From a virus (taxonomy: Duplodnaviria; Caudoviricetes), in the IMG/VR virus record IMGVR_UViG_3300020044_006256, positions 1 through 62,650 of that record: a DNA stretch of 62,650 nucleotides. The stretch is one strand, 5' to 3'. The translations under genes were made by a program, and so were the position numbers. The notes beneath the pieces were generated by a model. It had not been told where the DNA came from. It searched no databases and saw only the letters and a program-made list of their open reading frames with translations. How positions within the stretch are numbered: position 1 is the first letter of the stretch; every line of letters starts with the position of its first letter. Of the stretch, positions 45,627-54,738 are shown in pieces.

Positions 45627-45989
45627 TTAATATTGTTCAAATACTTTGTCAATCAAATCAATCATTTTATATAATGGCTTTTGTGATTCCTGCGGTTGTG
45701 GTAACCATATTAATCTATTAAACACCGAAGCATATAACTCACATATCCAAATAACAGTTTCTTTGTTAAAAGGGATGCTGCGCTCTTTAAAATCATTCCA
45801 TTGTTTGTATTCTTCTTCTGTTAAACATCGTGCCTTAAATCGATATGGTAATAGTTCGTTTATTTTCTTCTCCCGGTCCTTACATCCGCAGTCTACACCT
45901 TTAACGAATACATCTAACTTTGTAGCTTTTATAACTTCTGCAATAGTTGTTCCAACCCCACTGGATTTTACTATTATTTTTTTACCCAT
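45627..45989 (-). CDS. Cys-containing protein downstream of sigma factor
   Basis: DCGCKDREKKIN; corresponds to two A ORFs. Confidence 0.6.
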   Translation of the reverse strand: MGKKIIVKSSGVGTTIAEVIKATKLDVFVKGVDCGCKDREKKINELLPYRFKARCLTEEEYKQWNDFKERSIPFNKETVIWICELYASVFNRLIWLPQPQESQKPLYKMIDLIDKVFEQY

Positions 45990-46396
45990 CTTTCTCTTTC
46001 TTTGGTTACGGTTCTATGAATGAAATTGACATCCGTTTTTAATTGTTTAGATACTTGCCGGAGTGAATTATCGTGCAGCAATTCTAAATAGCCTTTTGCT
46101 AACCAATGAACTTCTTTTAATATCTCGGCTTGGTAATCATCCGGTTCAAATGGGTCAGCTGATAATATATAATTTTCAACATCATTTAACTTTAATAATG
46201 CTTTATCGTTTCTTATATGTTGAAGGAATAAATTTTTTATAGTAACTATTACATAGAAATCGTTAATCTCTTTATCTACTTTGTATAATTTAAGATACAT
46301 ATCATTGGTTAAATCATCTGCCAACATTTTATCCTTACAGATGTTAAATGCTATCCTGCGCCATTGCTTGTCTTTTTTGGCTAGTTCCTCTAACAT
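45974..46396 (-). CDS. ECF-type sigma factor-like late activator
   Basis: WRRIAFNIC...ADDLTNDMYLKL plus C-terminal HTH SLRQVSKQL. Confidence 0.7.
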   Translation of the reverse strand: MLEELAKKDKQWRRIAFNICKDKMLADDLTNDMYLKLYKVDKEINDFYVIVTIKNLFLQHIRNDKALLKLNDVENYILSADPFEPDDYQAEILKEVHWLAKGYLELLHDNSLRQVSKQLKTDVNFIHRTVTKERERWVKK

Positions 46397-46614
46397 TAGT
46401 TAAATCCTAAAGTTTTTAATGCCAAAACACTTTTAATCTCTGCGAACAACCCTTCGGAAAAATCTAACTCGTAAATCTGACCGCTTAACACTACACCCAA
46501 ATACCCATCTTCATTTACAAAGCAACCCTGCACTTGGTTTATATTAAAATAGAAGTCAACAAAGTACTCATCTTCATCTGTCAAACCGTACATTAGTAAC
46601 TTTGCGACTACCAT
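46396..46614 (-). CDS. Hypothetical protein
   Basis: First ORF after the promoter at 46632. Confidence 0.55.
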   Translation of the reverse strand: MVVAKLLMYGLTDEDEYFVDFYFNINQVQGCFVNEDGYLGVVLSGQIYELDFSEGLFAEIKSVLALKTLGFN

Positions 46615-46631
46615 ATAAATATTATTTCTAA

Positions 46632-46664
46632 CAAATATATAAAAAAAGTAGTTACATTCACTAC
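46632..46664 (-). promoter_or_regulatory. Sigma70-type promoter with 17 bp operator
   Basis: -7 TATATTTG at 46632-46639; GTAGTTACATTCACTAC at 46648-46664. Confidence 0.6.
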
Positions 46665-46693
46665 TATTTAATTATTTTTTTTTATCTTCGTAC

Positions 46694-46756
46694 TTTCATA
46701 GTTTAATTATTTGGTTAATAGTCATTAGATCCCCTTCGGAAGTTGGGGATTTTTTG
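46694..46756 (+). ncRNA. Candidate anti-translation-start sRNA of phage B
   Basis: -7-like TATCTTCG at 46683-46690; begins TTTCATAGTT (complement of AACTATGAAA); plus-strand terminator AGATCCCC/GGGGATTT plus T run although neighbouring genes are minus strand. Confidence 0.5.
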
Positions 46757-46758
46757 AT

Positions 46759-47913
46759 TTACAGTTCAGGTGATTTATCCATTATCTCTTTACGGTTAAT
46801 TTCATTCTGTTTAGTCAAATAGATTAAAGTAGTTTCCTTCTTGCTATGCCCAAACGTGCCTTGAATTGCATCAATGGAAATACCAGCTTCGGCTTTCTTA
46901 TTCGCTCCGTACTTCTTCATCGAATACATCGTTACGTTTATCTTCAATCCTATCTTAACAATCTTTTCCCAACGTTTTGTCGCTGTATCTCTTTTTAGTT
47001 GAGTAGGAGCAGGGATGAAGTCAACGTGCTTTCCAATGTTACCTTTGCCAACTTCCCGAAAGGATCCAAATAAATAATAATCCTTTGGTAAGTTTTCAAA
47101 TTGCAAACTTATAAGGAACTCTTTTAGCTGGGTTGTAATTGGGAGCGTTCGATATTTCTTTCTGCCTTTGGTGATGTTAGGCGGTAGTATTATTAAATCC
47201 CTTTCCATATCAATCATAGAAAGCTTTATACTTAAAATCTCGGTTGGTCTTATTCCTAAATTGTAAATGATTAAGATATAAATATAAAAGTTATAGTGAT
47301 TGTGCAACAACTCTTTCTTAATAAGTTTCATTTGTTCATCGGTTGCAGGAATATGGGCGATACTTTCTTCAACTCGAAGGTTCTTAATATTATGCGCTGG
47401 ATTAGCTTCGATAATATCGTATTGGATTAGTTCACTTAATACCGCTTTTAATTGGTTTAAATGCTTGTTGTAGGCGTTATTGGTCCAGGAGCGTTGCGAT
47501 TGTGCTTTCTCCATTATAGTCTTAATATGAACCCGCTTTACTTCGGTAATAGGTAAATCATTCAATCGTAATGCCTTTACAGCTTTCTTTATAAACTTAA
47601 TTGTCCCCTCATATCCTGATGCTGTTTTCTTTGCGATGTTAGGTCGTTTCTTTTCGATGGCGAAATCGAGTGCTGTGCTAATAGTGTAATTAGTTCCCGT
47701 TTCGGGAATTTCTTTTATATTTGGATTCCAACCTTTATTAAGTTTCTCGTATAGCAGTTCGCATAAAACATCAAATTCCATTTCTTTCTTTTCTAGGTTA
47801 TCGATTTCATTTAAGTTAAAACGGTAGCGGAATTGTTTCTTATTATATCTGAAATGCACGTACCATTTATCCTTTGTTTTATTGATTTTTGGTATAGAAA
47901 AAGTAACAGCCAT
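46759..47913 (-). CDS. int: Tyrosine integrase
   Basis: GIRPTE (R), TKG (K), YSMK, FGH, IY catalytic pattern; adjacent attP. Confidence 0.9.
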   Translation of the reverse strand: MAVTFSIPKINKTKDKWYVHFRYNKKQFRYRFNLNEIDNLEKKEMEFDVLCELLYEKLNKGWNPNIKEIPETGTNYTISTALDFAIEKKRPNIAKKTASGYEGTIKFIKKAVKALRLNDLPITEVKRVHIKTIMEKAQSQRSWTNNAYNKHLNQLKAVLSELIQYDIIEANPAHNIKNLRVEESIAHIPATDEQMKLIKKELLHNHYNFYIYILIIYNLGIRPTEILSIKLSMIDMERDLIILPPNITKGRKKYRTLPITTQLKEFLISLQFENLPKDYYLFGSFREVGKGNIGKHVDFIPAPTQLKRDTATKRWEKIVKIGLKINVTMYSMKKYGANKKAEAGISIDAIQGTFGHSKKETTLIYLTKQNEINRKEIMDKSPEL

Positions 47914-48103
47914 TTGTGTAATATTTGTGTAACGATGTGGAATAAAAAATCGGGAAGCCGTGTTGTTAGTACGTTTCCCGATTATTTGCGGAGAAAGAGG
48001 GAAACTCTGATTACTATTTCTAAAAACTTATATTATTAATTATCAATTAGTTATATTTTTTCAGCGTGTTCTTTTTCGGTTGTTTTGTGTAATATTTGTG
48101 TAA
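47913..48103. other. attP: tRNA-Ser 3'-end core flanked by arm-type repeats
   Basis: Minus-strand TCCCTCTTTCTCCGCA (47987-48002), hairpin AATCGGGAA/TTCCCGATT, and 20 bp direct repeat TTTGTGTAATATTTGTGTAA at 47913 and 48084. Confidence 0.7.
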
Positions 48104-48338
48104 GGGTGTTATCAAACATTTTAGGACTATTTTTAAAGATATAGTTTGCATTAACGTTAAAATGGTTTATGAATGTTTCCACTTGGGCCAAAGTGAATAA
48201 CCAGGAGCGATTTTTCACGCTGTTGAAGTTACCTTTGTTCATTCCAAGAGGGGTGTAAATGTCGGAATAGAACCGAATTTGCCCTTTAGCTTTCAACGCT
48301 TCGATGACATCAAAAATTTTATCAGTAATTGTTTTCAT
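48051..48338 (-). CDS. HTH-like regulator in immunity region
   Basis: LGMNKGNFNSVKN...FNVNANYIF resembles XRE-type HTH. Confidence 0.55.
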   Translation of the reverse strand: MKTITDKIFDVIEALKAKGQIRFYSDIYTPLGMNKGNFNSVKNRSWLFTLAQVETFINHFNVNANYIFKNSPKMFDNTLTQILHKTTEKEHAEKI

Positions 48339-48513
48339 ATTATTTTACCTTTTAACGATTGTTTTATACCTTTGCACCCGAAAAAAAAACCTTACTATGT
48401 TCACAAGCCTTAATTACTTGGTAATGATTAAACGCCTTTATGACGAAAAGAAAATCCCTTTGAAAATGCTTAAACGTTTATTAAAGGATTACCAACAGAA
48501 ACAAAACCTGAAC

Positions 48514-48885
48514 TTACTTCTTGTTGCGTTCCTGATCTTTAATGAAATCCATTAAATAAGCCTCATACTTTATCGCTTCTTCCTGTCCTATATTGGATGC
48601 ATTCTCTTTAATGTACTCCAGGAGCCTATTTTTAAAATTATCCGAATTAAATAACTTCTCTACTATTAAAGTAGTGAACTCATCTTCCTTTACTATTACA
48701 CTATTTTGTGTATTCCCATTAAAGAAATTTTCTAATAAAGTTTTCTTTAGTTCTGGGATTTCATCTTCGCCACGCTCCCAATTTATTATGGTATTGCTTG
48801 AAATACATAACAATTCCGCTAACTGCTTTTGAGTCAACCCCTTTTCTTTTCTCTTTTCTCTTAACTCTAATGCATTCATAATCAA
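48514..48885 (-). CDS. XRE-family repressor (CI-like)
   Basis: LREKRKEKGLTQKQLAELLCISSNTIINWERG; divergent from the early operon. Confidence 0.85.
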   Translation of the reverse strand: MIMNALELREKRKEKGLTQKQLAELLCISSNTIINWERGEDEIPELKKTLLENFFNGNTQNSVIVKEDEFTTLIVEKLFNSDNFKNRLLEYIKENASNIGQEEAIKYEAYLMDFIKDQERNKK

Positions 48886-48923
48886 TACTTTTTATTTAAA
48901 ATCATTATAAATAACATATAATA

Positions 48924-49056
48924 ACACAATTTTGTGTATATTTATTTTGTTAATACACAATTCTGTGTATCTTTGTTAAGTCTTACAACAACAACAACAA
49001 CACAAATATAAGAACTTATTTGAATAAGCAATTCTTAAAGTAGTGAATTTAACGAT
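48924..49056. promoter_or_regulatory. Divergent genetic switch region
   Basis: Palindromes ACACAATTTTGTGT (48924) and ACACAATTCTGTGT (48955); plus -7 TATCTTTG (48968); minus -7 TATATTTG (49003-49010); GTAGTGA operator at 49040. Confidence 0.65.
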
Positions 49057-49105
49057 TAAAAGACAAAAAAAACCGATAAACGATTATTAACTAACAAAAC
49101 ACTTT

Positions 49106-49348
49106 ATGCCATTAGTAAAACAACAAGCTCAAATTGAAACCATTAAAACCCTATTCGTAGGCATTAAGGACAAAACAAAGCTTATCACCGAGATAGCAAA
49201 TCACGAAACAATAAATACCAAGTTTGGAACAATAAGAAATACTTGGTTTAGCAATTACAGAGGTTGGAGCATCCCCGAAGAACATCAACCAATGGTTTTA
49301 AAGATTATCAAACAAACCATAAATCGTCAAAACAATGGTAACGCCTGA
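49106..49348 (+). CDS. Cro-like first early gene (putative)
   Basis: First ORF divergent from the repressor; 80 aa. Confidence 0.5.
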   Translation: MPLVKQQAQIETIKTLFVGIKDKTKLITEIANHETINTKFGTIRNTWFSNYRGWSIPEEHQPMVLKIIKQTINRQNNGNA

Positions 49349-49465
49349 TGAACTCCGAACAATTAAAGAAGCACTCGCAATCCTTCAACGAGTAACTATC
49401 AAACCAAAGAAGGAAAGACCAGAAACGCAAACAGAAATTAGAAACCGAATACGAAATTTAATAAG

Positions 49466-49738
49466 ATGACAAAGAACCAAACCAAGTACAAAAACAATCC
49501 AACGGATGAATTTGACACTACTGCATTTGAAAGCACCGATTTAAACGAGTGCCTTACATACGCAAAAAAAGAAAATGATTTTGAGCCTATCGAGTATGCA
49601 ATCGATATTACAGAGAATGCTATTAAAAAAGCAATCAATGATTTAGACCACGTAATAATTGGATGCAGGGGAGCAGGTTTTAACGCAACAGCTAATGTGC
49701 TTTGTGATATTAGAACAACTTTAAAACATCGACAGTAA
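49466..49738 (+). CDS. Hypothetical early protein
   Basis: ORF in early operon. Confidence 0.5.
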   Translation: MTKNQTKYKNNPTDEFDTTAFESTDLNECLTYAKKENDFEPIEYAIDITENAIKKAINDLDHVIIGCRGAGFNATANVLCDIRTTLKHRQ

Positions 49739-49987
49739 TGAGTTCTGATGTCATCAAAGCGGTTGAAGACTTTTTCAATCGTGACAACGAAGCGGAAGGA
49801 GTAGAACATTACACGCAGTTCGACCATATAAGCGAAAGATTAAGACAAACAATAATCGAAATCTTAAAGCTATGACAGACCAAGACAAAAAAGAATTGGC
49901 TTTCATATTTAAAACAGCCAAAGAAGTAGCAATCACAATAACCATAATAATAACAATATTTTTTATCACTCTAAAAATTTATCAACT

Positions 49988-50191
49988 ATGAACGATTTAA
50001 TCAAATTTCAAGCAATCCAAATTTTGACTTTGCAAAGCCGTGTTTCTTATTTAGAAAATGAGTTAAACCAAGCTAAACAACTATTTCAAGACATCGTTAA
50101 TGATTGGGAAGTACACCAAGAAGAAGAAGTAAAGTACAATCCATCTACTACGCAAACAACGAGGCTATGTGTAACGCTTACAAAAGACTAA
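49988..50191 (+). CDS. Hypothetical coiled-coil protein
   Basis: AACTATG start context. Confidence 0.55.
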   Translation: MNDLIKFQAIQILTLQSRVSYLENELNQAKQLFQDIVNDWEVHQEEEVKYNPSTTQTTRLCVTLTKD

Positions 50192-50195
50192 TCTA

Positions 50196-50417
50196 ATGGA
50201 ATATAGAAATCACATAATAGCAAAAGATGGTACAGGTTACGCTCCTAAAAATATGATGTACAGCTTCTTCCTAGATGAAGGAGAAACTTATGCAGGAAGT
50301 GGCGAAAGTATAACAGACTGTAAAGAGCAAATAGATGAGTTGCTTTTGAATGATGAGCCAAACTTACTCGATGCGATGTTTATGAACCCAATGGAGCAAC
50401 TTAATAATTTATTCTAA
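50196..50417 (+). CDS. Hypothetical protein
   Basis: SITDCKEQIDE motif; ORF in operon. Confidence 0.55.
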   Translation: MEYRNHIIAKDGTGYAPKNMMYSFFLDEGETYAGSGESITDCKEQIDELLLNDEPNLLDAMFMNPMEQLNNLF

Positions 50418-50703
50418 TGGACAAGTACACAAATTTAGAATGGGAAGGAATAGATCATAACGACTATCCTGACTACTGCGATGCTTATATCGTAAGTGGC
50501 GAATGTAATGGAATTGAAATGACATTGCAACAGCTTGAAGATTTCAGTAATAGCGATTTCAAATATGATTACTTACTAGAGTACTTAAACTAAATAACTA
50601 TGAAAACACAGGAAGAAGTAGAAAGGTATTATATGGGTTACTCGGAATCACCAGGCGATGAGTTAATCAACGATGAATTTATTAACGAAATAGAAGTAGT
50701 GTT

Positions 50704-50976
50704 ATGAAAAACGCACCCGAAAAGCCGTACACCCTAAAAGAGATTTCAGCAATTCACGGGATCCCTATTGACATATTGCAATACCGATGCGTGAAACGGA
50801 AATTAAGACCAACTGTAATGGATGGAAAGTTTAGATACAATTTAGACCACGAGCAAATGCTTTCTGTATTAGATAAGTCCAGCAGAGCGGAATTAATACC
50901 CGAAGTGATCTATGTCACCAGGACTATTGAAACTTACGAAAGCCGTTTAAATTATACTCCTTTAAGTAAACTGTAA
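50704..50976 (+). CDS. HTH DNA-binding protein (excisionase-like)
   Basis: YTLKEISAIHGIPIDILQYR. Confidence 0.5.
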   Translation: MKNAPEKPYTLKEISAIHGIPIDILQYRCVKRKLRPTVMDGKFRYNLDHEQMLSVLDKSSRAELIPEVIYVTRTIETYESRLNYTPLSKL

Positions 50977-50993
50977 AAAAAATAAAAAAATAG

Positions 50994-51036
50994 GTAGTGA
51001 ATATCACTACTAATTGAAAAACATTTTGTAGATTTG
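50994..51036 (+). promoter_or_regulatory. Replication-operon promoter with 17 bp palindromic operator
   Basis: GTAGTGAATATCACTAC at 50994-51010; -7 TAGATTTG at 51029-51036. Confidence 0.65.
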
Positions 51037-51041
51037 CTTTA

Positions 51042-51141
51042 TAGTAACGAAGTGGAACACGTTACAAATTGAAACGACATTACCAAGTCTTATCAACGAA
51101 GCGTGTTCCACATTACCGCTGAATTGATGAGGCTTTTTTTT
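51042..51141 (+). ncRNA. Candidate structured leader/attenuator RNA with loop-loop complementarity
   Basis: Hairpin GTAACG/CGTTAC carrying GTGGAACACG; terminator AAGTCTTATCAA/TTGATGAGGCTT plus T run carrying CGTGTTCCAC. Confidence 0.6.
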
Positions 51142-51199
51142 AACAACAAATGCAAGGTTTAAGCATTCTAATTTTAAACCATAAATAAATATTTTTAAG

Positions 51200-51883
51200 A
51201 TGGAAACAACATCAAACCGCAGACAGGCATTTGCCACACCGCAAAGCAACCCAGCTACTAAATTCCTAGATTGGAAATCAAATGACAAGTGTTTTGAGTA
51301 TTACGACAAAGCAGAACAAAAGAAAGTACAAGTTGCTTTACCTTTTAAATTTTTAGTCCTGGATGAATTACACACCATTAAAGGATGGAATGACGCAAGT
51401 AGTTCTAGTATCTTCTCTAATGAAGTGAAATACATTTCAAAGGAGGCAATGACTGTCAAACCATTCAAAGGGAATGAGATTGCTAAAGGTCTTTATAAAG
51501 ACATTAAAGACAAGGTTGTTGCTGCTGGAGGTCATTATACTAAAAGCATTTACATAATGCTTGAAAATGGCGAATTAGCCAACCTGCAACTTAAAGGATC
51601 CGCAGTTCAAAAATGGGGTGACTTTACGCAAAAAACTAGAAACCGTTTAGCGGATGAATGGATTACAGTATCCAAAGCATTGGAAGGTAAAAAAGGAGCA
51701 GTTAAATTCTTCACTCCTGAATTTGGTTTTGAAAAATCACTTTCAACCGATGAAGCAATCCAAGCGGATGAATGCTTTAACGTTTTAGAAAGCTATCTAA
51801 AAAGCTATTTAATCAAGGTTGAACAGGTTTTAGTTGAAGAAACAGTCAACGTTTCAGACGATAGTGAAGATTTAGACTTCTAA
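51200..51883 (+). CDS. ssDNA-binding-like replication protein
   Basis: Precedes primase-helicase; acidic DDSEDLDF C-terminus. Confidence 0.55.
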   Translation: METTSNRRQAFATPQSNPATKFLDWKSNDKCFEYYDKAEQKKVQVALPFKFLVLDELHTIKGWNDASSSSIFSNEVKYISKEAMTVKPFKGNEIAKGLYKDIKDKVVAAGGHYTKSIYIMLENGELANLQLKGSAVQKWGDFTQKTRNRLADEWITVSKALEGKKGAVKFFTPEFGFEKSLSTDEAIQADECFNVLESYLKSYLIKVEQVLVEETVNVSDDSEDLDF

Positions 51884-51917
51884 TGTTTACCCTTTGAACC
51901 CTTATTAATACTAATAA

Positions 51918-52028
51918 AGTCAACATAGCAAACATTTTTTAGAGAAAAGTACCCCCCCCCTTATTTTTTACCTATTGAAAAATCGTGGGGGGTATATAAA
52001 AAAGGAATTAATGTTCACTATGTTGACT
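51918..52028. other. Large inverted repeat, candidate replication origin
   Basis: AGTCAACATAG/CTATGTTGACT arms enclosing TACCCCCC/GGGGGGTA, between SSB-like and primase genes. Confidence 0.5.
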
Positions 52029-52043
52029 ATAACAACAAAAATT

Positions 52044-54380
52044 ATGAATGTATCAGTATTTAAAGATTTATTTAAGTCCCAGGATGTACCCTTTATTGTA
52101 CCTATTGAAAAAATTATCAAAAGGATACAGCAGGGGACTTCTAAAGACTTAATAAATAGAATACGTACAGCAGAAACAAAGGAGTTAAGAAACGCCATTA
52201 AAACGCAGCTTCCCTCTATTTTGTTTGCTGGAGAGTTTTCGGAACGTAATTCCAAATCACTTGTTAAACATTCAGGTTTAATGGTTGTGGATTTTGATAA
52301 GTACGAGAATGATGCGGTTATGAATGAACACTTAAAGCTGTTAAAAGAAAACCCACATTTCTTATTGTTATTTATATCGCCTTCAGGGAACGGAATAAAA
52401 GGAGTTGTAAAAATTCCACAAGCAACAAAGGAAACGCACCCTAAAATATTCAAAGCATTTCAAAAGGAATTTAATTTTGACTACTTCGATATTTCCAACT
52501 GTAATGTTGACCGTGTTTGTTTTGAAAGCTACGATCCAAATATTTACGTGAATTATGATGCTACGAATTTTGATGCTAAAATAATTGATGAAGGATATGA
52601 AATAAAAGAGAAAGCGCCTTTGGTTCCAATAAGCGATGAAGATAAGATTATCGAAAAGATAATGGCTTTCAACTGGAGCAAGGATTTCAAAGAAGGGGAG
52701 CGCAACGCTTTTATATTTGATTTAGCAGGAGCATTCTGTGAGTACGGAATAAATGAAGGTAATGCAGAAGGTTATATTTTAAATAATGTAGTCATAGGCG
52801 AATTTTCAGAAAGAGAGGCTAAAACCACTATTAAAAGCGCATACAGATTGCGACAGTTTAATAGCAAGTTCTTTGAAGATTATAATAAAATCAAAGCTAT
52901 TAAGATTGATTTAAAGAATGGCAAAGATGAAGTACTTAAAAAGTACAACATTGAGGAGGATGTTTACAACGAGTTAAAGGAAGAAGAAACCCACGAAGAT
53001 TTTTGGGTTATTGATAAGAAGGGAGGTATTAAGATTGAGCCTTTGAGATACAAGTTATTCCTGGAGCGTAACGGATTTAAAAAGCACTATCCAAACGATG
53101 CTCAAAAGTCAACATTTGTGTTTATTAATTCCAACAAAGTAAAAACCACATCGGTTGACATTATCAAAGACTTTGTCCTGGATTACTTAATGGCAAAAAA
53201 AGAGTTTAATGTTTGGAACCATTGTGCAAATTGTGCTTACTTATTTTCGGAGCAGTTTCTTGTGATGTTAGAGAGTATCGATTTAGCAATATTAGCAGAC
53301 ACAAAAGACAAAAGCTATATTCCTTATGAAAATGGAGTACTGGAAGTAACCAAAGATGAATTTCGATTAATCGATTATATTGATGTTGGCTATTACATTT
53401 GGAACGATCATATTTTAGAACGTGACTTCATTGAGATTGAGGAATTTGAAAACGATTACCAAAGATTTGTAAACAACATATCCAATAACGAGCCATTTGC
53501 AGTTGAATGTGTACTTGGATACTTGTTATCAACTTACAAAAATCGTTCAAATAACAAAGCTGTTATCCTTAATGACGAGGTTATAAGCGAAAACCCCGAA
53601 GGAGGAACAGGAAAAGGTGTATTTGTTCAAGGTGTTGCTCAAATTAGAAAAACATCAATTATCGATGGTAAGTTATTCGATGGTAAAAAGTCATTCGCTT
53701 ATCAAACCGTATCACTCGACACAAAGATTTTAGTATTTGACGATGTAGCGAAAGGATTTTCATTTGAGGAAAAATTTAGTCTAGTTACGGAAGGATTAAC
53801 GTTAGAACGTAAAAATAAAGATGCTATAAAACTGAATGTACACGACAGCCCTAAACTTATAATCTCAACTAACTACGCAATCAAAGGGGAAGGTAACAGC
53901 CACGACAGAAGAAGGTTTGAGGTTGAAATTGCGCAGTACTACGGTAGTAAATTAACTCCAGAGGATGAGTTCGGCAGACAGTTGTTTGACGATTGGGATT
54001 TGATTGATTTTCAAAAGTTCGATAATTATATGGTTGACTGTTTACAGAAGTTCTTAAAGAATGGATTGGTTAAACAGAACGCTAAAAATATTAAGATGCG
54101 AAAATTCATTGCTGAAACTTGTATGGAGTTTTACGAATGGATCCACGAGCCTGACAACTGCGACAGAAACGAGCGCATAGATAAACAGGTAGCGTTTAAC
54201 AATTTTGTGAACGAGTACAAAGATTTCCAAAAATTCTTAACTCGTAAGAAGTTCAATATTTGGATACAGAAATACTGCAAGTTTATTGATGTAGAATATT
54301 TAAGCGGAAATTCAAACGGCTTACAATGGTTTACGATTAAGACTGGTGAATTAGTAGAAGTAAACGATATAGATTTTTAA
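52044..54380 (+). CDS. BT4734/VirE-N-type primase fused to PriCT and SF3-like helicase
   Basis: HSGLMVVDFD, FISPSGNGIK, RVCFESYD, EGERN, GGTGKG, LVFDD; start set to MNVSVFK. Confidence 0.8.
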   Translation: MNVSVFKDLFKSQDVPFIVPIEKIIKRIQQGTSKDLINRIRTAETKELRNAIKTQLPSILFAGEFSERNSKSLVKHSGLMVVDFDKYENDAVMNEHLKLLKENPHFLLLFISPSGNGIKGVVKIPQATKETHPKIFKAFQKEFNFDYFDISNCNVDRVCFESYDPNIYVNYDATNFDAKIIDEGYEIKEKAPLVPISDEDKIIEKIMAFNWSKDFKEGERNAFIFDLAGAFCEYGINEGNAEGYILNNVVIGEFSEREAKTTIKSAYRLRQFNSKFFEDYNKIKAIKIDLKNGKDEVLKKYNIEEDVYNELKEEETHEDFWVIDKKGGIKIEPLRYKLFLERNGFKKHYPNDAQKSTFVFINSNKVKTTSVDIIKDFVLDYLMAKKEFNVWNHCANCAYLFSEQFLVMLESIDLAILADTKDKSYIPYENGVLEVTKDEFRLIDYIDVGYYIWNDHILERDFIEIEEFENDYQRFVNNISNNEPFAVECVLGYLLSTYKNRSNNKAVILNDEVISENPEGGTGKGVFVQGVAQIRKTSIIDGKLFDGKKSFAYQTVSLDTKILVFDDVAKGFSFEEKFSLVTEGLTLERKNKDAIKLNVHDSPKLIISTNYAIKGEGNSHDRRRFEVEIAQYYGSKLTPEDEFGRQLFDDWDLIDFQKFDNYMVDCLQKFLKNGLVKQNAKNIKMRKFIAETCMEFYEWIHEPDNCDRNERIDKQVAFNNFVNEYKDFQKFLTRKKFNIWIQKYCKFIDVEYLSGNSNGLQWFTIKTGELVEVNDIDF

Positions 54381-54399
54381 CAATTAATAAATAGAAATA

Positions 54400-54738
54400 A
54401 TGGCAAAAATAACATTTAGTGATGAAAATCAAGCGGGAGATATTCCAACATTTGATATAAGTAAAGAAAAATTATTAGGGGAATATGCCACAATAGTTAA
54501 TGATATGTTGTATACAAGAGAAGGAATGGTAGTAGTTTGTTTTCAATCTTGGAAAGATGCAGATTATGAAAATCAACACCAAGATATTTTGGTATCAAAA
54601 AACGACATTCAAATTGAGGATTTTTTAATTACAGCGGTTGAAGATATAGAAGATGAATTAATTGATTTTAACTTTTTTTGCTTTGACACTTATGAAGATG
54701 CTTTTAAATACTGTATTGACTTAAAAGAAGGGGTGTAA
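54400..54738 (+). CDS. Hypothetical acidic protein
   Basis: ORF in replication operon. Confidence 0.55.
   Translation: MAKITFSDENQAGDIPTFDISKEKLLGEYATIVNDMLYTREGMVVVCFQSWKDADYENQHQDILVSKNDIQIEDFLITAVEDIEDELIDFNFFCFDTYEDAFKYCIDLKEGV

Noticed and set aside
47987-48002. tRNA gene
   Set aside because: Only the 3' 16 nt are present and no cloverleaf upstream; treated as attP core.
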